Assembly (NCBI RefSeq): GCF_964204645.1
Contig: NC_134026.1
Location: forward strand, 30,724,150-30,788,149
DNA length: 64,000 nucleotides
Direction: 5' to 3'
Source of the DNA: Tubulanus polymorphus
Lineage: Eukaryota; Animalia; Nemertea
Positions 46,903 through 59,191 of this stretch are shown in pieces. Below the pieces are notes generated by a model. The model saw nothing but the letters and a program-made list of their open reading frames with translations. It was not told the DNA's origin and made no database searches. The translations under genes were made by a program, and so were the position numbers. Each line of letters starts with the position of its first letter. Positions within the stretch are counted from its first letter, which is position 1.

Positions 46903-47140
46903 ACGCAACAGAAATAATTCTCAATTTGTTTTATGCAATTTTTGCTTTCGGTTAAAAAGAGTCGTCAGTGACTAGATGAGTTTTTAAAAAGAAAACTTCC
47001 CAGTCTCAGGTTCCAGTCTCGCAAGTGAATTTCGAATAATTAATCAAATACTGGATGGTTTTATTCGGTATAAAAAGCTCATAATACATTTCAATCCACT
47101 TAAACTACGGTAACACTGCTAAGGAAAAAATACGATTTAT

Positions 47141-48639
47141 CTAGACTTTCAGATCCTCATTAATCAGCAGATACTGAGCGGAATTCTTCAAGTCGTCAAA
47201 ATATGCTATACATTTCTTCTTGATCACCGCTAAATTCGGAGGAATTTTCTTCACTTCCATGTAATTATTCATGTAAATTTTAAGCATTTCTGGTCCCTTT
47301 GACTTGTTTTCTTCCTCAGCTGAATAAACTAATATGTCTCGTTTGCCTCGCTGTTCGTTTTTCAGAATTATATCGACTGATTGTAAAAGCATTGGACCTT
47401 TATCTAGAATATCCTTAGTCAGGTGATTAGCGCTGTTATAATGATCCAACACCGGTAACAGTTCCTCGGGTATCTCTCTCTTATCGTAATTCAATTCAAT
47501 ACAGAACTGATATTTTCGTTTGACAGTTATTTCAGCTCCTTCTGAAAAACAGAATTCAGAATATATATGATACTTAACCGTTTAATATGGAGTCTGTGTC
47601 ATTAGAAAATCCATTCCGATGCATAATTGATATTGAAAAAAACAAAAATTTTTGATATTCTCAATGTTAGGTTCAGAACCTAGTTCAGTTTCTCCGTTTC
47701 ACATTGCAATACATACCTAATTTCATTTTCAGAATTCTCAATGTTGCACTGATCGAAGGGTTCGAGTTTGGAAAAGCGTCCTGGATTTTGTTAATGAGAT
47801 CATTGAGGTTCTTCCATTTCACTACATATTCGTTGTACAAATTCGCATGATCCTAAACAAAATCCATACATTAAACATATCATCATCAATGCATTTAAAT
47901 AATGTGACCAGTAAAATCAGTTGCTGGTCCAGAGGGTTCCCTTTTCCACCCCTGCCCCCTACTGACCAAGTGACCATTTAGAAAATCTTTCTTATCCCTC
48001 TACTGATCTAGCACTTAAAATCTGCACTAAAATTGCATAACAATGTACCGACCTACCACAAACACTTCTGCACGCCTGAGGAGCGCTCGCCGTGACACCC
48101 AACACGATTAAAAAGTGCCTGATCTGAAGAAGTGAGCTGAGTGAAGAGCTGAACCCCGATCAGATCCTGATAATTGATCAAAAGATGACTTACCATAAAT
48201 GGTTTATCGATGTCTTCTAAACCGACTCGTTGTATTGCAATAGGTTCATATGTCACAGTTGGTTCTTCTGTAATTACATATACCATTATATAATTAGATT
48301 GAGATAATCGTAATATGGTTTATTACCAATTTTCCAGGATAGTTTTCATACCTTCGTTTGCAGTTGTAAGATAAGAATTGTGTCTTGCTGATTTGGGAGG
48401 ACTCGTTACGACAGGTTTAGATGAATCCGAACCTAATAAAGATGTCCTTTCATTCGCTGCATAACGATCATCAACATTCGAGTACTAAAATATATAACAT
48501 ATTGACACACTCACTATGGCAGTACTAGTGGACAGAATGAGAAAGCGTTAACGGGTAAATTGTTAGACAATATTGACAGACTATTGATAATTTTTACCTT
48601 TCCTTCGCTTTTTAGACATATACTGCACATGGAACCCAT
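47141..48639 (-). CDS. Uncharacterised ~260-aa protein with N-myristoylation/palmitoylation and dileucine motifs
   Basis: Five GT-AG exons (about 48598-48639, 48352-48484, 48194-48267, 47717-47852, 47141-47541) join in frame: MGSMCSICLKSEGK|YSNVDDRYAANERTSLLG...QRVGLEDIDKPFM|DHANLYNEY...NEDLKV*. Confidence 0.75.
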
Positions 48640-48859
48640 TTTCTGAATGAACCTGTTGCTGGTGTCTGCCGCTTGTAATGTTTTTAACTATTCTATATAC
48701 CAGGAAGTATTGATATTATACGTATGAACAACTATCGTCGCCACCATTTATTGACAGTCATGTGAATTTTGGACTATTAATAAAAGACACCGTGACCTAT
48801 ACTTAAGCGTACGATATGAACAATTGAGCGCGCTTAAGCGTTTTATATATATGTATCTA

Positions 48860-50262
48860 TATATACGGGCATTTGTTTTTGGATAATTCAATCAAATTGT
48901 GAAATATCTTGTGAAATATACATATGGTGGTAAAGAAAATGCAATTGCTTTTCGTGTCCTTCTTTGTTTTTGTATTGAGCTCTTTTATTTCTGTCGCAGA
49001 GTTTGGTTTTCGATATCGATTTGGCAATAATTGGTCTTTCATATAAGAAAAGTCTATTTTTGTGAAAGCCTTTATGGTTTTCGAATAAATGTTATAATTT
49101 CTAGAAAAGGTATTTTTCTGTAAATGAAGTTTGACTAAATTTGAGGGGAGAAAAAACTGCTCAACTTTCTTCAATAAATTTCTTTAACTGCACGAAAATT
49201 GTATAACTCTAACAAATCGAGATATTCTTCAAACTTTTCATATTTTGATTAAAGAATATAACGAATATTTCAAGATTCTCGGACTAACAAAATTCACGGA
49301 GAAATGTTAAAGGAATTGTCGTCGTTGAAAAGGGGATGAAATAATAACATTGTTGGCGCTTTGATTTCCATATTTTTGTGCCCAAAAGAGTGGCGCAAAA
49401 ATTCGCCGGAAATCATCAAACACGTAATAGGAAATCATTGAATTTCCTCGAATGTGAAGTTACTGGCTGCGAATTAGATGATTAGCTGCTTTGTTTTAAG
49501 AAATTACCATCAATAAGCCCAATGTTAAAACAAAAAATTGAAGAATTTGGCAAAACTTTGGTATTTTCCTAATAACGGGTGTAAAGAGTACATAAGACTT
49601 ATTGACCTTAAACAGCCCCGACCATCCATGCAATCGCCGCGTAGTTACCAGTCGACCACGCCCTAGCTACACGGTGAATTCAGTGCGGAATATCTGGTCA
49701 TTGACATCGCTGTGGTGGCTGACCGCTGTCAGGTGTGGTTCCTGTAGATATCTTAGATCTATTACTAGAATCGACAGTCTTTGTCAGGACGTGGCACCGA
49801 CTGGCCACGAGTCCAAAACCTGAGATTTTTAATGTTTGATAATAAAGAACTTTAAAATAAAATCCTTTCATCCATTTCTTCGTCTTTTATGAGTGAGAAC
49901 CAAAACATCAGCTTCCTCATAGTGAAATATTGGACGCGCCAAAACAATATTTACTGAGATGACATTTGCTCTTATGTCTTGTTTGTGTACAAATGACTTT
50001 TTAAAAAGAACTCCTGAATGGCCCAGATTATTCTTTGTTTCCATCAATGAAACCATCGCTTTCACAATTATCGGTCCTCCGCCATTATGTCTAAACGTAA
50101 GATATTTTCCCGAAGATGCCTTATGATTTCTGTATAGAATAATTGATTCAAGTCAATCTGATTGAGCTGGTAGATTTCAAGACTGTCTACTAGCTGTTGC
50201 ATGTTGATTTTAGCCCAGAGTTGAATTACGTAGAACTGATCTTCAGGTGCGAGTTCATACAC
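48860..50262 (-). pseudogene. Decayed protein-primed family-B DNA polymerase-like fragment (Maverick/Polinton-type), tentative
   Basis: Intronless broken ORFs with colinear motif remnants VSLMETKNNLGH, IFCFNIGLIDGNFL, LHIRGNSMIS, LLFHPLFNDDNSFN, LLPNRYRKPNSATEIKEL, resembling recalled pPolB ExoI (FDFET..G.H), ExoII (AHN..GYDG.F), I..G.KI.S, GYFPHLFN and IIP..GY...QS motifs; multiple stops and frameshifts. Confidence 0.35.
49602..49830 (+). ncRNA. Candidate structured RNA / small inserted element
   Basis: GC-rich island; 14-bp stem 49634-49647/49664-49677; hairpin 49790-49809; loop-loop complementarity CAGTCG/CGACTG; ends in T5. Confidence 0.35.
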
Positions 50263-51239
50263 TAGTCTGGCCTTGCGAAACAGCTAGAAAAACTGAATAA
50301 AATGCAATTTTCTAGGTACAAGCATAAAATTCGGCCTATTATAAAGATAGCTTTCTATCATTTCTGTTCCATAGCCATAGAGTTGGCACTAACTCCGAAA
50401 AGTGAAGTGTGCACGTTCAAAGGTTTTAGGAATTTAAGTCTACTGGCGTTTTTTCCGCTTCCAATCTCCCTTCCAATCGACCGGTGGGGTTTTATTTTTG
50501 ATGGCAGGCTTATTCAACTTATCGTGTTTTTATCGTGATAATTAAATAAACAAGTTCGGGTCACATTCGGGTCAATCAATCGGCTTAAATTTCTTCCGTT
50601 TAGAGCGACCATATTCTCGGAGCAAACCTACTATTGTTGAGTCCGGCGCGATGTCCATTTCTTCTCTGATTGTGCTGCCATCTATCGTGTGAATAGAACA
50701 CTACTATATAGTCCGTTGCCCCAGTCCAAACTCGTTGCGCCACCAAGTGTTGACTGAGATAAACGTGGATTATCAGTAATAGTTAGGAGAGGAGAGGTGA
50801 GGACAGTAAAACAACACAACCATTTTATCTCATAACAATGTTTATATAAGAATCGTTTATTGCTGTTGATCAAAGTCTACAATCGTGAGACTTTGAGTTG
50901 AGACAGTGAGAAAGTGAGAGAGAGCGGGTGACAGCTCGCTAGTAGAGGACCGGCGCAACGACCACCCCCCGCACGCGCAGCGGGACACCGGCGGCAGTCC
51001 AGTCCGTCGCTTATCTTACCTCATCGTGAAAAACTGCGTTTGGATCAAAATGATTTGTGGCCACATAATGAATTCTAACGTAAGATACTTTCATCAGAAC
51101 TGACGTATCCATCATCATTTCATTCGAATTGTCCATCTTAAATATTCGATGAAAGTTTTGTTGGTTGGACTTAAACTGAAAAACGACACGCATTTATTTT
51201 CTTCGATTGGAATTGATTTTGATTGAGGAATTGTTCGCG

Positions 51240-54200
51240 ATGGTTAAAGAAAAGCTGAATCAGATTCGAACGTACGACGCTGAAGGTTTTAAACGTCGAG
51301 CGGCTTGTTTGTGTTTCAAGGATAAAACTCAACAAGAGGTAAGAAGAGCAATCAATGAATAACTCAACATCTTCTTCATCATGATTTCATTCTAGATATT
51401 TCAGGGGCACATCATCAAGGTGCCAATTTTATCGCATCTCCAAGAGTAGTCAGTAACCTGTCTGTGGTTTAGTTTCACAATCGGATATTTTCACAAACCA
51501 CAGTCAGGAATGGGAAGGTCATTTTTGTATGAAATCTTCGTCAGCCAATTTGACTGACGAGTAATTTGCCTGGCATTTCATTGTCTCTTAAGATATCCGT
51601 CTAATTTTTGTTGTAATCGACGCACAACAGATTCGTAGTTTGTCTGATACCTATAACACCTCACCTGACGATCTTAATCCATGTGCAAATCGGCCGTAAA
51701 GTGAGAGTAAATTTCCGTCGGGTCAACAGCTGCCATTTTGAAAATTACTGGAGGTGGTGGCACCTGTGGACTGAGGCCAGGACAACAGCACAAACTAACG
51801 AAGCGAAACGAAATTGAAAAAAATTAAGAAATCAACACTTATTCACATTTTTCTTTTACCAGAATTTATTATTTCATAATTTAATATGGAAAACCTGAAG
51901 ATTTGAAATATAAGTTGGAAAACCATCAAAAATAAAAATTGTCGTTTCGCCTTGGAAGTTTTATATAAATCCTTGTAGGTCCCCTTGTCTTATCATGCCA
52001 CATGTGCAATATAGAGAAATGGCGGCCAATGGCGAAATTGGTGGAGAAATTAATTAATTTCTCAAAATAATGTTGATTAACCACTCGAAACATACATGAA
52101 ATTGGATTATTTCGAAAGGTACCTGTGTTAGATTGTGAATTAAGCCATTAATTTTGGACTGAAGTGAATATAAAGTATATTTTTGAAGTGTTACTTTTTT
52201 CAACCGTGTTTTGGTCCTTGTCATCCCTAACGTTGGTATAAGCCCATCCGATTATAAAAAGCTTACCACCAACGATTAGGTAACTAACTACTCCAAGAGG
52301 GCACTCTGGTGTCCAAGTGGCAAAGTGTTCCTACGCTGAAATCCACCGCCCCAATTCTTTAAGATGATGAAATATGTAAAAGGCCAAAAGTTTGATGGCC
52401 TTAATTACAGTCTCTCGGGTCCCCCTACAGTCGAAGGAGACTTGTACTGTTAGGACTAGAGCGTCTATGCTCCTTGGATTCAATGAGTACTGATAAAGAA
52501 CTGACCAATTTTTAGCTGTGGTGGCTTAATTATTAGTGATGTCCCCCTCAAACAGAGTGGCCACTGACCTGGCAAACTCAGTGAACCTGAAAATTCGACA
52601 AATTCAGGCGATTTGACAAATTTTACCAAAAAGCTGGAAAACTTAATAAGTAATTTGTGTAGCGCTATTGACTGCATGTTTCTTTGTCAATACATGATGC
52701 AATGAAAAATGAATGGATTATAACATGTTAAACCTAGAAATATCTCTGATTCAATTCGAGTTTTTGTATATATGATCGCATGGAAAAATCCGGGAATTTG
52801 TAAATGGGTGGATACAATGCCTTACTTGAAGTTACCCAAGCAGTTTTTAAAATTGAGACTTTATCCTAGTTTGAACATAAAGCTTGTTTTCTAATCTATA
52901 AATGGCAATCGATTTGATCCTCGTCCACAGATTCAATGATTTATAGCACCCTAATTTAGTATGTTTTATATTTTTAGATATTGTTGGTATCGAGTAGTGG
53001 AACCCCTGGAAGATGGGTGATACCCGGAGGAGGTATTGAACCTACCGAGGATGCTGGAGTTGCAGCCGCCCGTGAAGCCTGTGAAGAGGGAGGAGTGAAA
53101 GGAAATCTTAGTAAATGTATCGGAAATTTTGAGGTAGGATACGCGTTTTTTTTCGTTTAGTGAAGGAGACTGAGGACTTGAATCACCTCCATTTTGAGTG
53201 GAAATTGGGAAAGTCTTAAATAATACAAGCAGAATGTAATTTCTGTCAAGTTTCTAGAAGTAATCAGCGAAATATCCTTTAGATTTGACACATGGTCATC
53301 TTCACCCGTCAAGGGATTCGAACCCACTACGCTAAAGCTGTTCGCCGAACCCCTTGACCTCACGAGTCGTTGGAGTCGTTACTAGCCGACCAGAATCCGG
53401 TCGTACCAATCACAGCGCTTGTAACAAACCGTCAGTAGACTTCTGTTGGGTTTCCCGTTAAATGGACCAATCAGCGAACGTTTTACTGAACACGGAAGTA
53501 TTTTCGCAAATCGATATATGACGTCACGCGCAACAGCGCCAGTAATGAAATCATGCTTCGTGAGGCCAGGGGGCTGGTGGAAGCGAGTTCGGGAGTGATA
53601 CCGGACCCCTGGCAAGCGAGGATGACACATGGTGTGAAATACAAATAACACACATTGTATCAGTAACTACTCTGTGATAATCTCTTCTTTCTATCTCATA
53701 TTCATCGCGTAAAAAGACATAAACCTTGAAGAATCTTTGATATTTTCTCCTCAAAAACTCCTCAAATGCTGCAATGACCGAATAACCTCAAACTGAACTA
53801 CTCTCAATGATAGTTTTAATCGTTTTCTACGCCTATAGAAGTTTGATTAGTTCTGGGGTATTAATAATTGAACCGTTAGTTGTCACATAATTTAGAAGTG
53901 TTGTTAACAAAATCATTTAAAGCTTGCGATCTCTTCTCTATAGTATAACGGTAACTGGTTTATGTCGTTCAAAATCATAAAGCGATTACATTATTTCTGG
54001 AAGATTGCCAAACATGACTGCCGGGTCACTGTATGTCTCGTAATATCACCTGCCCGCCCGCTCGTCTGTCTGAATCGTCTGTTACGCAGCACCACCTTTG
54101 TCGTTTCATAGAACGCCGTCTTTATTCTTAAACAAAAGACATGATTATTTTTGATTTTTTGACATTTCAAGTTTCACGGCGATCACTCGTGTGATTACGG

Positions 54201-56695
54201 CATGGTTCATAAAATGTGTAATACATACAGCACGGTGCATAAATAATTCATAGCAGCGTCTGAAAATAGCTTCACTAATATCTAACTCTCTTCTTACCGT
54301 GTAGCTAGTCGTAACCACACGGCGGTGTATGAGTATTTTTAATGTACTGTTAAGACTATGTACAGGTTATAATAATATAGTACTGTAACAGTTACCTCTC
54401 TTGTGGTCAATAAATATTGATTTGTGGACGGTAATTGAGCTCTGATAAGAGGCACCGACACCATGTGCCGTTCTACGGTGATAATTACCATTAGAAAACA
54501 ATCTACTGTATTTGTATAAGTTATGAATGTCTTGAATACAATCTGTCGCTTGAAATGATAGATGATTTCATATACACAACAGACCTGCTGTAACAAAAAC
54601 TATTATTCTATATCGAAATATGCGGCAGAATCAAAGAGTAGAATGAGTCGGTGTCTTTCTCAACTTCCCCCTCGGTCCGTGACAAACTTGCAGGGTTCTT
54701 ACAGATCATGGATTATCCGGGCATTCCTGATTCTGAAGAGAAACCTTTTGATATAAGCTCGACAGCCCCTACGATCAATTCAATCTTGTCATTTTTTGTC
54801 AAGGGTCAGGGATAATCGAGGAAACATTTTAGAGAATTTTGGGTTCGTTCTGATCTGTAAGAACCACTGTAAGAGGTTACTGTGGAATGAAAACATAGTA
54901 AGTGGTCTTTATCTTCACCGCTGCCACAGGGCGTGGTACGTCAAGCAGTGCCCACTTTTTGACGACAAGTTTAAACGGTGCTTATAAATATCTTGAAATT
55001 TTCGTGTGAACTGTTTTAAGTATAAACAACCCTTTCTTCTAACCGATTTCTTACTGTAAAGTTCCCGCTCATGAAATGTCATGAATTTGGAGTGAAGCCA
55101 ATATTGGTCTTGATCGAAAGAAAGCCCTTTCGTATGTTGTACATTACACCTTATGCCCGAAGTGCTGACGAGGATTGTTGGTTTTCAACTTGAACTAACA
55201 CTAGTCTAGCTCTCCGTCATTCGAGAATTGACCACTTCTCCCTTGGTGCAAATCAAAATGAAATTCAGCTCTGAATATTGAGAAGTTACTCTGTATAAAT
55301 CAAGCCCAACATAAGGCTAAACAAAAATGATACATTGTTTCTCCACAGCGGCCAGGTCATTTTTGTAAAATATGATAAAATTAATAAACAGTTCATTTCT
55401 ATAGCGGCCGGGTCTGTTATGGTAAAATTGATCACGATTTTAAAAAAAAGTAATGTATAGGGTAGATAGGCGGCCGGCCGGGTCAACATTTAAGCTCAGC
55501 AGAGCGGAGAAACAAGGTATCAATTTTTTTAGCCTAAGTTGAGAAAATATTAAATTTTTTATTTTTTACATTTCATTGCAATAAAAGCTGTTAAGCTGAA
55601 TATTTAAGGCCATCTTGTTTTGATCGATTCATTACGACTTACTCAAGGAATTGTTGATATAATTGTCTACCTGTTCTTACTTAGGCTCGTATTCTGTTAG
55701 TGTACACGTAATTATTGATGCGATGATATTGTATTTTCTTATAGAATGCAGAAAGGAAGCACAGAACAGCGGTTTATATCCTCATAGTTACTGAATTATT
55801 AGATGATTGGGACGATGCCAAAAGTCTAGGTAACTATTCTACTGAGGAGAGAATCCCACAATGATAATAAAAAGTCCGAAAATGAAACTTCGAGATAGTA
55901 GTTTATTTCAACGTTTCGACTATATCCTAATAGTCATCTTCAGGAATAATGAGATACTACAGAAATTATGAGATATATATACAATCCAGGGACAAAGAGA
56001 CTAATTCAAGTAATCAGAGATGATACAAACTAAAGGAAAATTAACGTAGAAACAGTTACACGCTAAAGTTTAGTTTAGTTGAATAAACTACTATCTCGAA
56101 GTTTCATTTTCGGACTTTTTATTATCATTGTGGGATTCTCTCCTCATCGCGTCAACACGGATATTGTGTTTTACCTATCGTAACTATTCTACTGTCATTG
56201 CGTAGGTAACCCTACCCCTCGTAGTGCATCACTGCAGCGATATAGCCGAGTAGAGAAGCTCCTCTTCTTACCCCCCCAATATCTAAATCTACATTCATCA
56301 TATTTCAGGAAATTCATTGCGTATTGATTGATCGTCCCTCGGGGTCGAGTTCTCCACGTTCAAACTCACTGACCAATAGGGTTAATAATTAAAGCCAATC
56401 ATGAAACACCTTCAGGGCTTACCTAGTAGTAATATTAGTCTGACCACGGACATCTCCATGTTCTGAATAACAGTGTTTGATATCTAACTATGGGCTCTCA
56501 GGGATCTCGATCTACTTATCGCATTCTGCTCTATCATATCGAATAATAACTTTGATAATTCACGTTTTAGGTCGAAAGCGTAAATGGTTCGCGTTGGAAG
56601 AGGCTAAAACAGAACTAAAACAATTCAAACCCGTTCAGAGACAATATTTAGATTTATTAGAAAACTGTAAGGATATTATTTATAACGGATCATGA
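51240..56695 (+). CDS. NUDT3: Diphosphoinositol polyphosphate phosphohydrolase (NUDT3/NUDT4 family)
   Basis: Exons 51240-51338, 52978-53133, 55745-55829, 56571-56695: MVKEKLNQIRTYDAEGFKRRAACLCFK, ILLVSSS..GRWVIPGGGIEPTEDAGVAAAREACEEGGV (Nudix box), KHRTAVY, LLDDWDD, GRKRKWF. Confidence 0.93.
53297..53624. mobile_element. Mutator-like MITE (328 bp) in NUDT3 intron 2
   Basis: Exact 9-bp TSD ACACATGGT (53288-53296, 53625-53633); imperfect ~70-bp TIRs; longer relative of 8486-8584. Confidence 0.85.
55844..56180. mobile_element. Penelope-like retroelement remnant in NUDT3 intron 3
   Basis: 13-14-bp TSD (G)TAACTATTCTACT (55830-55843, 56180-56193); ~68-bp inverted arms 55843-55912 / 56078-56146; 34-nt tail as in 25774-25978. 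Confidence 0.82.
55903..55950 (-). ncRNA. Minimal type I hammerhead ribozyme (Penelope-type), second copy
   Basis: Sequence identical to 25833-25880. Confidence 0.75.
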
Positions 56696-57914
56696 TCGTT
56701 TGATATTGAAAATGAATGAGAGCTATATCGGAGACTAGCAAGCAGACAACACCTCACAAAACCATCCTTACAGATATTCATCCATTATTCATTCAATGTT
56801 CGGTTTGTTTAAATATCAAACGTCAGTCTTCGTCGTCGTTCTGATTATTTTACGTAACACCTGGTCCGGTAAATATTTATTTATTCCGTTTGTGACAGCA
56901 GTTTTAGATCTTTAACGTCTAATCTCGAACAGGTTATATATTCATTGTTTCATATCAATCTGCAACTTGGAACAAACGGACAGAGTTGTGCTCCGAGGAC
57001 CATCGCCTTCATACACTCACCGGAGAAGTGTGGCGTGGGTGATCGGTTTTTGAAGTTAGCTGATAAAATGTTCGATTTTTGTGGTTCATTTTCAATCAGA
57101 AATGTCTCTGTTGAAGTTTGGAACATGTGTTAAGCGTGAACGCTCATTAATTGTGACAATGGAGGGCTTCAGATTGTCCCCCGAAGAGGTTTATTGGCTC
57201 CAGGTTGTAGATTGATAAATGTGATCCAATTAAAACCGAATGAGGAAGGGATAATTGGTATCTGTAGCTGTTTTGTATACAACCCATATAGAAAACTATT
57301 CTCATTATATTTATAAAATTTGTATGATATGAATGTTTGTAAATTTAGTTAGAATAATTGGACTACTTTCATAATCCTAGCTTGAATATCAATCCAAATC
57401 CAGACTATCAAATCATGCTCGCGAATTTGGATAGATTTCAAATCTGGGAATATAGGGCAATATGTGGCTTACATCAACTCCCGGGCCGAGCTGGTAAACC
57501 ATCTCCCACCAGTCCGGTGTTAACCCTCTCCCTTCCACGTTACTAAGTGCTGTTTAGTCTTCCATGCGATGTGTAATAAATGTTGTGATTCGTTAGATCA
57601 ATATAATAATGAGGATTGTAAAGAACACTAATTGATGATCAGATGTACAGTTTAGTCGGAACGTGTGTGTGTATATTTAGATAACGAATATTCGATCGTT
57701 TGTTGAATTCATCAAAAAATATTTGTTTGTAGTAAAAAATAAAAGTTTTTATTGAATAAAGTTTTCCAAAAAAGATATATTTACATTTTTTCTTTTTTTT
57801 TTTAATCTGTCGGATTTAGTGTCGTAGTGGAGTCCCTCGATCTTTCATCTCTCAATCCCTTTCATTTGGGTTTAGTGGGAGGCTATCCCATTCATGGAGT
57901 ATGTATGCCACATG

Positions 57915-58118
57915 CAGGGTTCGATCTTAGCACTTGTCCGATTGCCCGGGACGAGTATATTTTCATTAGGGCATTTGTCCGCTGCTGGACTAGTGCAATT
58001 TTGTCTCAAAGCTTTTTCCGCACTACAAAGGGCAAGTAAATATTTGAGAGGGCAAGTTTAATTTCAGATATACTTTCCCCATGAATGAGTGGCTTTAATT
58101 CGTCAGATCTGAACTCTG
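57915..58118. mobile_element. MITE, diverged copy of the 63507-63761 family
   Basis: CAGGGTTCGATCTTAGCACTTGTCCGATTGCCCGGGAC ... AGATCTGAACTCTG; repeated GGGCAAGT. Confidence 0.7.
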
Positions 58119-58872
58119 CCATGGGTTGAGTTTGTTCTCAGAATTACCTTTCTCCACATGTACTTAGAATCGGGGGTTGTCGAAATTTTGCATAATGTCA
58201 AAGTCTGTTACAACGCTGCTCATTAAACGCCAACATTTTACAGAGAATAAATTTGCCTAATCTAACTGAAATACATGGAAATACCATTGTTTATTACACC
58301 AAATTTGTTATAAATTTATGTTTTTGATTGGTCCCAACGGTGACATTAAACGACTAATACCGTACTTCATTTTATACTGATAAATGAACTGGTGGTTATT
58401 ATTGATTGTTGTTCCAAAGTTCAAGGTTCCACTGTTTTGTTCAACCCCCTGTCGAGCCTCTCGTATCGTACCGAACCTCACGGTCAGTGTTGAGCTCAAA
58501 GGCAAAGATCAGAGAATTATATATCAAAGCCCAGGAACTTGCCATACGTCAAATTTCCTGTCATTACAAATATTGGAACAAACAAAATCAATGAAGAATC
58601 GTCAGTCGACATTAGTTCGAACGTGACGCAGAACGGAGTATAATTAAAACTTACAATTTCAATCATCAGCAAGAAATATAGATTTATTTACACAGAAAAT
58701 ACAACGTGCACTCATAAAAACAATCGCAAAATTATTAATTATCAATTAACACTATTTCAATTAATAATAAATATAATTTTTTCGTATACTTTTTTAAACA
58801 GAACAAAATGGACGGAATTCAACTTAAATTTACAATTCTTTCATAAATTGTCAATTTAATTACTTTATGAGA

Positions 58873-59005
58873 CCATTCATAAAGTACGTACGCAACCACG
58901 AGGAGAGGACGCGGTCTCTCTCTTCTTTCGTTGATAATGCTTAAAATTGCATCTATGCGAAGGATATGAAATCAGCTAAACTTAGTGCAAGTACTTTATG
59001 AACGG
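58873..59005. mobile_element. Harbinger-like MITE
   Basis: TIRs CCATTCATAAAGTAC ... GTACTTTATGAACGG. Confidence 0.55.
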
Positions 59006-59191
59006 GCTCCTGTACAGGTGTCAATCAATATAGTCGCCCTGCGGACTGAGTCCAGACTAACTAGCACACACACCTGATATACAAGAGTCATCTTGTGATC
59101 ACACATTGATCACACAGTCGACTCTGTGATCACGCACAGGGAGTTGACTCTGTGATCACGCACAGGGAGTCAGTTTTTATCACAGTTCGAT

